From a virus (taxonomy: Duplodnaviria > Caudoviricetes): 32,048 nt of DNA. The notes beneath the pieces were generated by a model. It was given only the letters and a program-made list of their open reading frames with translations. It searched no databases and had not been told where the DNA came from. The stretch is from positions 1 to 32,048 of IMG/VR virus record IMGVR_UViG_3300020042_003070, one strand, 5' to 3'. The position numbers and the translations under genes were made by a program. How positions within the stretch are numbered: position 1 is the first letter of the stretch; each line of letters starts with the position of its first letter. This document shows, one piece after another, positions 24,374 to 32,048 of the stretch.

Positions 24374-25585
24374 TTAGCCCCAAATACGGCAGGCCATTTG
24401 TGGACGAATTGTGCTGAAGCCATACAGTACGTCAATACGGCAAGGCATACGGTCGTTGTTGATGTCGTACTGACGAACAACGCGCAAGCTGATACCGTTA
24501 TGAACCGCGCGAGCAGCCATATCGACGCCTTGGGGCAACAACAAATCGGCGGTCGCAAAAGTGATCGCATCTTTGTGGTAAACCAAGTTCTGAGCGTACT
24601 GAGTAGAAGCAGCGCCAACGAAGGTCACAACACCGCCAGTTGCAGGCAGGACATCCATAGTAGCCAAAGCATGGTTAGCTGAGTACATAGGTGCAACAGT
24701 CACAGTCCAAGTGCCAGATGAAGCAGTGGCATCAGCCAAAGCAACAAACTGGAACAATGAGCCAGTGGTTTCGCGGGTTTGTGGGTTAACAGCAAAGCAA
24801 GCGCTGACTGTGAAAACGTCACCAGCTTTAATGGTTGTAGACACAGAGCCTTGCTCCAACAGAATGGTTGAAGAACCTTCGCTGGTCACGCCAGGGGTCT
24901 TAACCAATGTTGATGCAGTAGCGCTACGTGAGCCGGTGGTGTGCTGCTTGATTGACTGAGACATGTTGATCTCGTCAAAGCCCAACACGCCGGTGCCCAT
25001 CATGCCGTTCTTGAACTGCTTGCTGATGGTGTCGGTGGGGTTGAACAAACCTTTCATGCCTTCGACCAAACCAGCGTTAGCGGCAGGGTTGACGGTAGCG
25101 TAACGTGGTGACATCACGGCAGCGTTTTCGTTCAGCTTCTGTTGGGCTTGCAACAAGACCAAAGAAGTAGAAGGAGTGGTGCCAGGGGTGCCAACGGTGT
25201 TACCGATGGTTTTGTACGCATTGGCAACGTCAGCATCAATGCTAGAGGCCAACTGGCTAATACGAGGCTTCAACACACGCTCTGCGAAGTCGTCCAACTG
25301 CATGGTCAATTCAGCAGATGTGAAATTGACGCCAATGTGCTTTTGTGAAGCAACGGTCAAAGTGGTGAACTGTTCGTTGTCGTCTTGAACTTGCAAGGCA
25401 GCACCGTCAGTTACCAAAGCGCGGTCGGGTAAACGGATACGCAGTGTAGAACCAATCTTGGCACCTTCAACAGCAAAGCTGTCGTCGTACTGACGGTTCA
25501 CGTTACGGGTGAGCACCAGGTTGTTCTCGAGAATCTCGAGAGCTTTACGGGTGATCATGTCAATCGTTAAGATACTATTAGCCAT
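24374..25585 (-). CDS. Major capsid protein (P22 gp5 coat family)
   Basis: MANSILTIDMIT...KIGSTLRIRLP...RIDVLYG; 403 aa, follows the scaffold gene. Confidence 0.93.
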   Translation of the reverse strand: MANSILTIDMITRKALEILENNLVLTRNVNRQYDDSFAVEGAKIGSTLRIRLPDRALVTDGAALQVQDDNEQFTTLTVASQKHIGVNFTSAELTMQLDDFAERVLKPRISQLASSIDADVANAYKTIGNTVGTPGTTPSTSLVLLQAQQKLNENAAVMSPRYATVNPAANAGLVEGMKGLFNPTDTISKQFKNGMMGTGVLGFDEINMSQSIKQHTTGSRSATASTLVKTPGVTSEGSSTILLEQGSVSTTIKAGDVFTVSACFAVNPQTRETTGSLFQFVALADATASSGTWTVTVAPMYSANHALATMDVLPATGGVVTFVGAASTQYAQNLVYHKDAITFATADLLLPQGVDMAARAVHNGISLRVVRQYDINNDRMPCRIDVLYGFSTIRPQMACRIWG

Positions 25586-25608
25586 GAAAAAAGTCCTTTA
25601 AAAATTGT

Positions 25609-26394
25609 TTAGCGGTTTTGTGCTTCCCACTTCTTACGCTGTCTTGCTCGTTCAGCTTCAATCCACTGCGAGTCCGTCATGGTCTTGGTAGACCGTGGGT
25701 CTGTAGTGTCATAAGCTGGGCCTCCAGAGGAGCGAGCTGTAACAGGCGAAATCGGTGCTGGCGCTGACGTAGTTCTTTTCACGGGAGGATCGGTAGCCAA
25801 CTTGGCCTCAATCCTCCCAATTTCCTTGGCTTGCACGAATGGTGCCAAGCGAGAAATACGATCTGCTTCCTTGGGGTTAGCGCCGAGGTAGTAAGCTACT
25901 TCAGGGCCAATGTCCGAGGCTTGAATCGTCTGAGCCATCACGTTAGTAATTGGCAACTTGGGGTTGTAGGCGACTTGTTCAAAGTCGTCGTACTTCGTCC
26001 GAGCTTCCTCTTCCTTTTCGTGGTAGGTCTCAAGAATTGCAGATTGCTGCCTTGCTTCTTCTCGTTGGGCAAGCAGTTGTTCGGCTTTCTGGTAGGCCAA
26101 TGCGTCTGCATAGGCTTCAGGGCTTTCAAACTGATCGACTGGCGGGACGTTTGCTGGCGCTCTCAGCGTCTGGGCTTCAGCTTGACGTTGAGTCTGGTCT
26201 CTTTCCCACTTACGTTGCTCTCTTGCAAGCCTTTTGCCAATTGCTGCATCAAGTTCTTCTTGGGTAAAAACCCTTGAAGGCTCTTTTGCTTCTTCAGCGA
26301 CTTCCGGCGTTTGAGTTGCTTCCTGAGTGGCCGTCACTTCTGGAGCTGGCGCGGAGTCAACTTCCGCTAAGGTTTGTTGGACTTCTTCAGTCAT
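25609..26394 (-). CDS. Scaffolding protein
   Basis: Acidic N-terminus, FTQEELD...KRLAREQRK coiled coil, AKEIGRIEAKL; precedes the coat gene. Confidence 0.85.
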   Translation of the reverse strand: MTEEVQQTLAEVDSAPAPEVTATQEATQTPEVAEEAKEPSRVFTQEELDAAIGKRLAREQRKWERDQTQRQAEAQTLRAPANVPPVDQFESPEAYADALAYQKAEQLLAQREEARQQSAILETYHEKEEEARTKYDDFEQVAYNPKLPITNVMAQTIQASDIGPEVAYYLGANPKEADRISRLAPFVQAKEIGRIEAKLATDPPVKRTTSAPAPISPVTARSSGGPAYDTTDPRSTKTMTDSQWIEAERARQRKKWEAQNR

Positions 26395-26398
26395 TTTT

Positions 26399-26472
26399 GA
26401 ATCTCAAAGATTCCCTGGTGATCGCACCAGTACGGTTTTCAGCATTATGCTTGAATTTGGGCTGTTTGGTAA
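26399..26472 (-). promoter_or_regulatory. Promoter plus two-hairpin 5' leader of the scaffold/coat operon
   Basis: TTACCA-17-CATAAT (26472-26444), then CTGGTG-cgat-CACCAG and GAATCT-ttg-AGATTC before the ATG. Confidence 0.55.
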
Positions 26473-26666
26473 GCTGGCTGTAAACGTCTTGGATCATCAG
26501 CCAAATAAAGACCACCATCGTAACCAATTACGACTTCAGCATCATGTTCTGTCGCACCTTCGGGCAATGGATTATTGATGGTTTCAACACCATCTACAAC
26601 TTTGATCTGGTAATCCCATTCGCCAATATTGATGCAAATGCCTTGAGCGTCACGATAAATTTTCAT
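26445..26666 (-). CDS. Small tailspike-associated protein (73 aa)
   Basis: Start moved to ATG 26666 (ATGA overlap with the tailspike stop). Confidence 0.6.
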   Translation of the reverse strand: MKIYRDAQGICINIGEWDYQIKVVDGVETINNPLPEGATEHDAEVVIGYDGGLYLADDPRRLQPAYQTAQIQA

Positions 26667-27967
26667 TTTGCCACCCATCCTGTGTTTCCAGTTCCTGATT
26701 CTTTGACATACAGCGTTGTGCCAGCACCGCCATCAGTTCGTGTAAAAAGCGAACCAATACTTGCTGTAACAGCGCCTTCTGGCGAACCTGGCGCAGATGT
26801 CCAAATTCTCTGGTCTGTACCAACTCGCAAATCAACCGTATAGGTGCTTTGCCAGCGAAGACTAGAAGTCCCAAGAAGGTTTGCGTTGTCTTGTATTGGA
26901 GCTGCTCTAGAAAATTCTCCAGGCCTATTTTCTACGTAAATAAAGTTACCGCCAGCGTTTAATATCGTAACTGGAGCATAAACGGGCGTATCGTAAGTAA
27001 CAAAATCAACGCATCCAATAACAAAGCTATTTGTTTGGTTTGTAAATTTAATGCTGTCTGTTGCTGTTGGTTTAATAAATTTACAGTTTTGAATTCTTGT
27101 TTTAAACACAGTGCCAGTTGTACCAATATTAAGGTCATGTGTTTTAGTGTTTGCTATACCAATAAAATCACACGACATAAAATAATGGTCAGTGCAACTC
27201 CCATCCAAAGTGTCGTTAATAGTTACAGTATTAGTGACGTTTGCAGCGCCTTGTGGCTCAAATATACATTCTGTAAACGAGTGTTTACTACCAGAATCAA
27301 TTAGAAGAAGTTGAGTGGCTGAATAGGCGACATCGTTGTAAACGGTTGTTCTGTGGAAATAGTTTTCTGTTCCACGAATCAAGTGAACTGTGGATGTAGT
27401 GCCGTTATAAAAAACGCACTGCTCAAACATTGTGTTGTACATATCCTCAAGCAAGACCGAAACAGGCGGCGCTGTTGAAGTTCCTTGAGCTGAGTACACG
27501 TTTACTATTCGCCCGTAAATGATGAACTTAAGGTGAATGTTGTTTGTGGTGCAGCCGTTGACAAACACATCTTCAATAATGTGATGTGCGCTGCTTCCAA
27601 GGGTAGTACCAAGAATGGCAATTCCCTTTGCGGCCAAATCATTTCCCTCTACCGCAAGGCTTTTAATTCGCATGTTGTATGCGGTTCCCGATAAGCCAAG
27701 TACGGTAATGCCAGCAGTGCCAGCTTTGATGGTGGTGTTGTTTCGGTCGTTTCCAAACAAAGTAACACGGCTTTTTAAAGTAATGCCTGTGTTGACAAGG
27801 TAAGTTCCGTTTGGAAAATACACCGACCCGCCAGCATCAGGTGTAGCGTTGATAGCAGCCTGAATTGCAGCAGAGTCATCCGCAACCCCATTGCCAACAG
27901 CGCCAAAGTCAAGCACGTTTAGGCTTGCGCCGTTTATCATCGAATATGTTGCTTTGGTCAGTGCCAT
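26663..27967 (-). CDS. Tailspike, pectate-lyase-like beta-helix depolymerase
   Basis: NVLDFGAVGNGVADDSAAIQAAIN...VYFPNGTY; C-terminal GSPEG...GSLFTRTDGG...LYVKESGTGNTGW; AT-rich. Confidence 0.88.
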   Translation of the reverse strand: MALTKATYSMINGASLNVLDFGAVGNGVADDSAAIQAAINATPDAGGSVYFPNGTYLVNTGITLKSRVTLFGNDRNNTTIKAGTAGITVLGLSGTAYNMRIKSLAVEGNDLAAKGIAILGTTLGSSAHHIIEDVFVNGCTTNNIHLKFIIYGRIVNVYSAQGTSTAPPVSVLLEDMYNTMFEQCVFYNGTTSTVHLIRGTENYFHRTTVYNDVAYSATQLLLIDSGSKHSFTECIFEPQGAANVTNTVTINDTLDGSCTDHYFMSCDFIGIANTKTHDLNIGTTGTVFKTRIQNCKFIKPTATDSIKFTNQTNSFVIGCVDFVTYDTPVYAPVTILNAGGNFIYVENRPGEFSRAAPIQDNANLLGTSSLRWQSTYTVDLRVGTDQRIWTSAPGSPEGAVTASIGSLFTRTDGGAGTTLYVKESGTGNTGWVAK

Positions 27968-27979
27968 AATCTATTCCTT

Positions 27980-28162
27980 TTACCAGTTAGCCAATGCAGT
28001 GTACTTGGAGCCGTTTTCAACATCTGTTTCAAACTCGGCTTTTTGTTCTTGGGAGTAATTTCGGCTTTTAACTCGTTTGAGTTCTTCGCCAACAAGTTCA
28101 AGCCAAGTAGCTTCTAACGTGTTTGACTTTATGTCGTGGGTTACAGAAGCAAGATAACTCAT
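27980..28162 (-). CDS. Small fibre-associated protein (60 aa)
   Basis: AAGGAG RBS, ATGA overlap with the upstream fibre gene. Confidence 0.65.
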   Translation of the reverse strand: MSYLASVTHDIKSNTLEATWLELVGEELKRVKSRNYSQEQKAEFETDVENGSKYTALANW

Positions 28163-29091
28163 GCTGTTACTCCTTTGATTACTGCAAAATTGAACACGGG
28201 TTGTTCAATTGTTGTGCCGCCTGTTGTTGCAAAAGTTATCCGAAAGCTACCCGCAGCGGTAGCCGTGACAAATATTTGATATAAATCAGTGCCTGACTTT
28301 TGCGTAACGTGAACAACATCAGTAGCCGCCACGGTTGAATTGGTAACGGTAAAACTTTGAAAAGTTGCAAGGCCAGCAGCAGAAACAAGAGTAATAGCAC
28401 CATTGGTTTTATTTAACGTCACGCCAGTTGTGCGAGATGTTGCTTGGGTAACAGTACCGCCCGAGCCAGTGCCATAGCCGAGGCCACCAGCACCAAATAT
28501 AAGTACATTCCCAGAAAAATAGTTTTGCGCTGTACCAGAAGCGTAGATGTTGTATTTGTTTGCACCGCTGGTAACTGTGCTGGTGATACCGTAATTGTTT
28601 GTACCTTGAGTTTGGTCAACAATGTAAAGACCATGCTGGTTTGTAATAGTTGACCCAGCGCCTTTGACTGCATTGAACGCATAAAAAGCGTGTAGGTTAG
28701 CAACGGTAAACGCTGCGGCTGCGGTGGACACTCTAGAACTAACACCGTTGCCCGTAATTGTTGAAGCACTTGTAATTGTTGGCAGTGAGATTATTCCCGC
28801 TTGATCTGTGCCAGTTAAAGCGGTTGAAGTTAGCCTAATACCGCCACTAGAAACCGCAGCGCCGCCCACCCCTATGTACCCATTCACCGTCACAACGTCA
28901 GTGGTCGCATCGCCAAGGGTAGTGTTACCTGTTGACGCAAGTGTAGTAAAAGAACCCGCATATCCCCCACCGTTAGTAATGTCAGCAACGGTGGTTTTGA
29001 CTGTTGCGCCACCTTGAACAATCGGCAAAGTCTCAGTACCCACCAACGGCGTAGTAGCTGAAGTCAGTGCTGATATTTTGCTGTTAGTCAT
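28159..29091 (-). CDS. Tail fibre-like protein
   Basis: MTNSKISALTSAT...ETLPIVQ N-terminus, Thr/Gly-rich, C-terminal GGTVTQATSRTTGVTLNK domain. Confidence 0.7.
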   Translation of the reverse strand: MTNSKISALTSATTPLVGTETLPIVQGGATVKTTVADITNGGGYAGSFTTLASTGNTTLGDATTDVVTVNGYIGVGGAAVSSGGIRLTSTALTGTDQAGIISLPTITSASTITGNGVSSRVSTAAAAFTVANLHAFYAFNAVKGAGSTITNQHGLYIVDQTQGTNNYGITSTVTSGANKYNIYASGTAQNYFSGNVLIFGAGGLGYGTGSGGTVTQATSRTTGVTLNKTNGAITLVSAAGLATFQSFTVTNSTVAATDVVHVTQKSGTDLYQIFVTATAAGSFRITFATTGGTTIEQPVFNFAVIKGVTA

Positions 29092-29093
29092 GC

Positions 29094-29591
29094 TCAGTTA
29101 TACATGACTTCAATGGTTGAAGTAATAGGCGGTGCTTGTGAAAATGTCAAACTTGTACCTGCTACGGTGTATGTGTTTTTTTGTTGATATACGCCGTTGA
29201 TATACACAAAAGTAAAATTCTCTCCAAGAGAGGCAGTACTCAACGTAAAGACCGTTTGTGATCCTGTGCCAGTAAAATTTTGAACTTGATACGCTGCCGC
29301 ACCAAGCCCAGTTATGTTGTCGTATGTTGCAATAAGCACATCCGCAGATGTATTTAAAACAAATTTATATGGCGGTGAATTTATCCAAATCTCACCGCCT
29401 GGTACTCGACCCGCAGAATCCAAAATGATTGGGTTGGTATGCGCTGTTACACCACTAGAAGATGTATATGTGACTTGAGGTGTGGTTGTACCAGCAGCAT
29501 AGGTGTAGAGCTTGCCGCCTGACAAGATCACACCATTGTTGTTAAAAAACTGGGCCGCTGCGCCGCCCACGGGGGAGAGAAAGACGGCCAT
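29094..29591 (-). CDS. Tailspike head-binding/adaptor protein without a receptor-binding domain
   Basis: QFF...GGKLYTYAAGTTTP...NPIILDSAGR anchor, plus C-terminal FTGTGSQTVFTL...YINGVYQ...FSQAPP module. Confidence 0.65.
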   Translation of the reverse strand: MAVFLSPVGGAAAQFFNNNGVILSGGKLYTYAAGTTTPQVTYTSSSGVTAHTNPIILDSAGRVPGGEIWINSPPYKFVLNTSADVLIATYDNITGLGAAAYQVQNFTGTGSQTVFTLSTASLGENFTFVYINGVYQQKNTYTVAGTSLTFSQAPPITSTIEVMYN

Positions 29592-29600
29592 GATTAACCT

Positions 29601-29870
29601 TTATTCGTATGCAACAGTAAAGGCCGCAGAAGTACCCGCAAGCACTATGTACAGACCTTTGTTGAAGAACAAACCCGCAGGAAAGTTCAAGTAGGTTGTG
29701 CCTGCGGTCACAGAAAATGTATCGGCAATCTTAGGGTCACCAGTGCTTGACGCGCCTGAGTCATAGATTGTCAAAGTGCCGCTTGAAGATGCTGTCACAA
29801 AGATACCGAACAGTTTGCCAGCCCCAACTTTGACTTGTGTCGTTGCAGCGGCTTGGGTGTAATTTGCCAT
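29601..29870 (-). CDS. Small beta-rich putative virion protein (89 aa)
   Basis: AGGA RBS; lies in the late operon. Confidence 0.65.
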   Translation of the reverse strand: MANYTQAAATTQVKVGAGKLFGIFVTASSSGTLTIYDSGASSTGDPKIADTFSVTAGTTYLNFPAGLFFNKGLYIVLAGTSAAFTVAYE

Positions 29871-29879
29871 GATGTTTCC

Positions 29880-30248
29880 TTATGCCAAAAAGCGGAGTTT
29901 GTAGAGGGTACGCAAATAAATCTCAACGATATTATCTATCAGTTGCTGAAGCGATGAATCAGTTTTATCGCATACATCGTAACGAGCACCTTCAATTTCA
30001 GCAAGCGAGGCTTGCAAGAATTCAATGATGTTAGATGTCTTTTTTGCCGAATTCAGAGTAATAGGGCCAATTAAACCGTATCGGCCTTGGTACGCTTCAG
30101 CAAAGTCATCAGCCGCACCAATAATACGCTCGTAGAAGATATTGAGCGCTATGTGCTTGCTGTAACTGCGAGTGTTCAAATGCACAGAATGGGCAACGTC
30201 CCGCGCCAAAAACAGCAAGCCTAAAAAATCAGCGGCTTTGTGTGTCAT
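29880..30248 (-). CDS. Ferritin/Dps-like four-helix protein (DUF5856-like)
   Basis: AHSVHL...SKHIALNIFYE...DDFAEAYQG...YKLRFL. Confidence 0.75.
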   Translation of the reverse strand: MTHKAADFLGLLFLARDVAHSVHLNTRSYSKHIALNIFYERIIGAADDFAEAYQGRYGLIGPITLNSAKKTSNIIEFLQASLAEIEGARYDVCDKTDSSLQQLIDNIVEIYLRTLYKLRFLA

Positions 30249-32047
30249 TGTGGCATTCCTTGTGGTGGCATCATTTCCATAGGCTCTTCACGCATTTCAG
30301 GCATTTGGTTCATCATCTCTTGCGATTCCAAAGCTGCCGCAACCACGCCCATCGCAATATCTTGGATCTGTTGTTCGGTCATGCCAGCTTGCACCGCAGC
30401 GATCCGCTTGGTTTCGGCCTCGTACATCTTAACTTCGGCTTCAAAGTCTTTGCGTTGCTGCTCTTGCACCTCGATTGACTTGCCAACATTTTGGATCATC
30501 TGGTGCATCTGCTCCATCTCTTGACCCATCGCTTGCATCTGCTGTTCGGCCATTTGCAACTCTGGTGACTTGTCGCCGTCTTCCATAAGCTTGGGATCAA
30601 TCGTCTTGGCAAAACGTTTGGCCATCTCTTGGGCACCAGGCCAGTCCATGTTTTTCACAAACAAGTCGCCAGCCACTTGCCACAGTTGGGGGTTACCCTG
30701 CAACAACTGAGCCATTGCTTCCAAGGCTTCTTGGCGCTTGGTTGCGTAGCCTGGGCCGGTTGCCACCACCACGTCGTACTTGCCGACGCTTGGGTTGTAA
30801 ATCTTCTCGATCAATATGTCGTCTTGCATGATCTTCTTGACGGCTTCAGGCTGGTCAGGATTTAACTTGACCATGTCGGTGTCACCGTCTATACCAATGA
30901 TGCGAGCCACGCGCTGGGTGTCATACACCTTAGGAATCAAGTCTACGAGCTGGCGCACAATATGACGTACACCACGGGCCAAGTTGTCACCATAGTGGTA
31001 AGTGCCTACATCACCTTCACGCTGACGCGCAAGAATAGCTTTGCCGCTTCTTTCATTGGACGACATGCCCAAAGATGCGTTGTATTGGCCAGTAGATGCT
31101 TTGATGTCCTCAGATGCGCCTGCTTTGGCTTGCAACAGACCGCTGGAAGCCATTGGAGGCTGCGCCCTAGCTGGCAGTGGCAGGACAGCACCTTGGCCGT
31201 CTGTAACGTCTGGATTAACTTCCAAGTACGGCCAGTTGGTCGTGTTTGCAGTCTTCCACTGATTTTCGTAGCCTTCAAACTGGCCACCATAGCCAATAAA
31301 CGGCGCTTTTGGCGCTAGGGCCAGCATCTCGGCTTCTTGTGAAACCCAATAGTTGTACATACGCTGGGCATCCTTGGCGTTTCTCACCAAGCCCGACACA
31401 TACAAACGGCCATCTACTTCAAACTCATTGCCGACAATGCGAACTACGGGGATGTATTTCCCCGCCCAATCGCGTTCTTCAAGAATTTCATAGCCGTTAA
31501 TCTTGCAGTATTTAATTTTGACACGATCCGATTCACGAGATCTTTTAGGTTTGCCATAAATTGCTTTCAGTTCTTTGTCTTCTGGAGTGCCTTCAAATGC
31601 GGTCACGTTCCCAGGGTACATATTAAGGGTTGCTCTGTCGTAGTCTACGTAGTAGTAGTCAGCGACGCGGATGGTGTCTTCAGTGAGCCATTGGCTCAAA
31701 TTTTGGTCACCCACACCCAACGTTTGCAAGGTGGTGATGGGCGCGGAGTCGGGGTACATCAGCTGGTATTCGTCTTTGGTGACGTCTTCCGTGATAAAGC
31801 ACCACTTAGCATCCGCGCCAGTTGGGTCTTGAATCGTCGGGTCCATGTAGACGCTGAATGAGTTACGTACACGGCCAATCTTGATGTCTTGGTCAAACGT
31901 GTTTTCGTCGCAGTATTCAGTCAGGACGCGGATGTAACCTTCGCCGTAGGAGACTTGGTTTTCGCAGGCCGTGTCGTAAGCGACATCTGCGTCGCTAATG
32001 TATTCAATGTGCCTGACCATTCCGTTGAAGATTTCGGCGACTTCAAT
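30245..32047 (-). CDS. Portal protein (P22-like), 5' end outside the window
   Basis: Frame is open to the window edge; GLVRNAKDAQRMYNY, SGKAILARQREG, GKYDV, GPGYATKRQE, M/Q/P-rich tail. Confidence 0.93.
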   Translation of the reverse strand: MEVAEIFNGMVRHIEYISDADVAYDTACENQVSYGEGYIRVLTEYCDENTFDQDIKIGRVRNSFSVYMDPTIQDPTGADAKWCFITEDVTKDEYQLMYPDSAPITTLQTLGVGDQNLSQWLTEDTIRVADYYYVDYDRATLNMYPGNVTAFEGTPEDKELKAIYGKPKRSRESDRVKIKYCKINGYEILEERDWAGKYIPVVRIVGNEFEVDGRLYVSGLVRNAKDAQRMYNYWVSQEAEMLALAPKAPFIGYGGQFEGYENQWKTANTTNWPYLEVNPDVTDGQGAVLPLPARAQPPMASSGLLQAKAGASEDIKASTGQYNASLGMSSNERSGKAILARQREGDVGTYHYGDNLARGVRHIVRQLVDLIPKVYDTQRVARIIGIDGDTDMVKLNPDQPEAVKKIMQDDILIEKIYNPSVGKYDVVVATGPGYATKRQEALEAMAQLLQGNPQLWQVAGDLFVKNMDWPGAQEMAKRFAKTIDPKLMEDGDKSPELQMAEQQMQAMGQEMEQMHQMIQNVGKSIEVQEQQRKDFEAEVKMYEAETKRIAAVQAGMTEQQIQDIAMGVVAAALESQEMMNQMPEMREEPMEMMPPQGMPQ

Positions 32048-32048
32048 G

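Noticed and set aside
24325-24618. 230-aa ORF start proposed by the ORF track
   Set aside because: It overlaps the coat gene out of frame; the RBS-supported start is 24324. The open frame is kept only as a frameshift hypothesis.
26663-29091. Diversity-generating retroelement or invertible tail-fibre switch
   Set aside because: No reverse transcriptase, invertase, or template/variable repeat pair was seen.
15240-31500. + strand ORFs across the late region
   Set aside because: They are antisense to continuous structural genes; the Ser/Pro/Val-rich translations are typical of shadow frames.
1-32048. tRNA genes, integrase/att site, IS elements, introns/inteins, alternative genetic code
   Set aside because: Intergenic gaps are short with no cloverleaf seen, no recombinase or transposase motifs were found, and core genes are uninterrupted and of ordinary length under the standard code.

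Overview
Most of a tailed dsDNA phage genome with P22-like podovirus structural genes and an APSE-like replication module. The gene repertoire suggests an aquatic proteobacterial host (inference). Left to right: (1) an array of short palindromic GTTAGT-N4/8-ACTAAC repeats; (2) a + strand operon of small early-type genes led by a Cys-rich Gp88-like protein and strongly enriched in GGCC-type palindromes; (3) a - strand replication operon (DUF2800/Cas4-like nuclease, SSB-like protein, family A DNA polymerase, primase-helicase); (4) a divergent + strand operon (VRR-NUC, SNF2-like helicase, many small ORFs); (5) a long - strand late region (5'-truncated portal, ferritin-like protein, tailspike/fibre cluster, scaffold, coat, decoration-like proteins, adaptor, tail hub, needle, cupin, three ejection proteins, holin, M15 endolysin). 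A convergent cassette (metallophosphoesterase operon plus a very acidic protein), with Pho-box-like promoter elements at both ends, splits holin from endolysin. No integrase, repressor, terminase, tRNA or CRISPR array was seen. All family calls come from motif recognition and synteny, not database searches.
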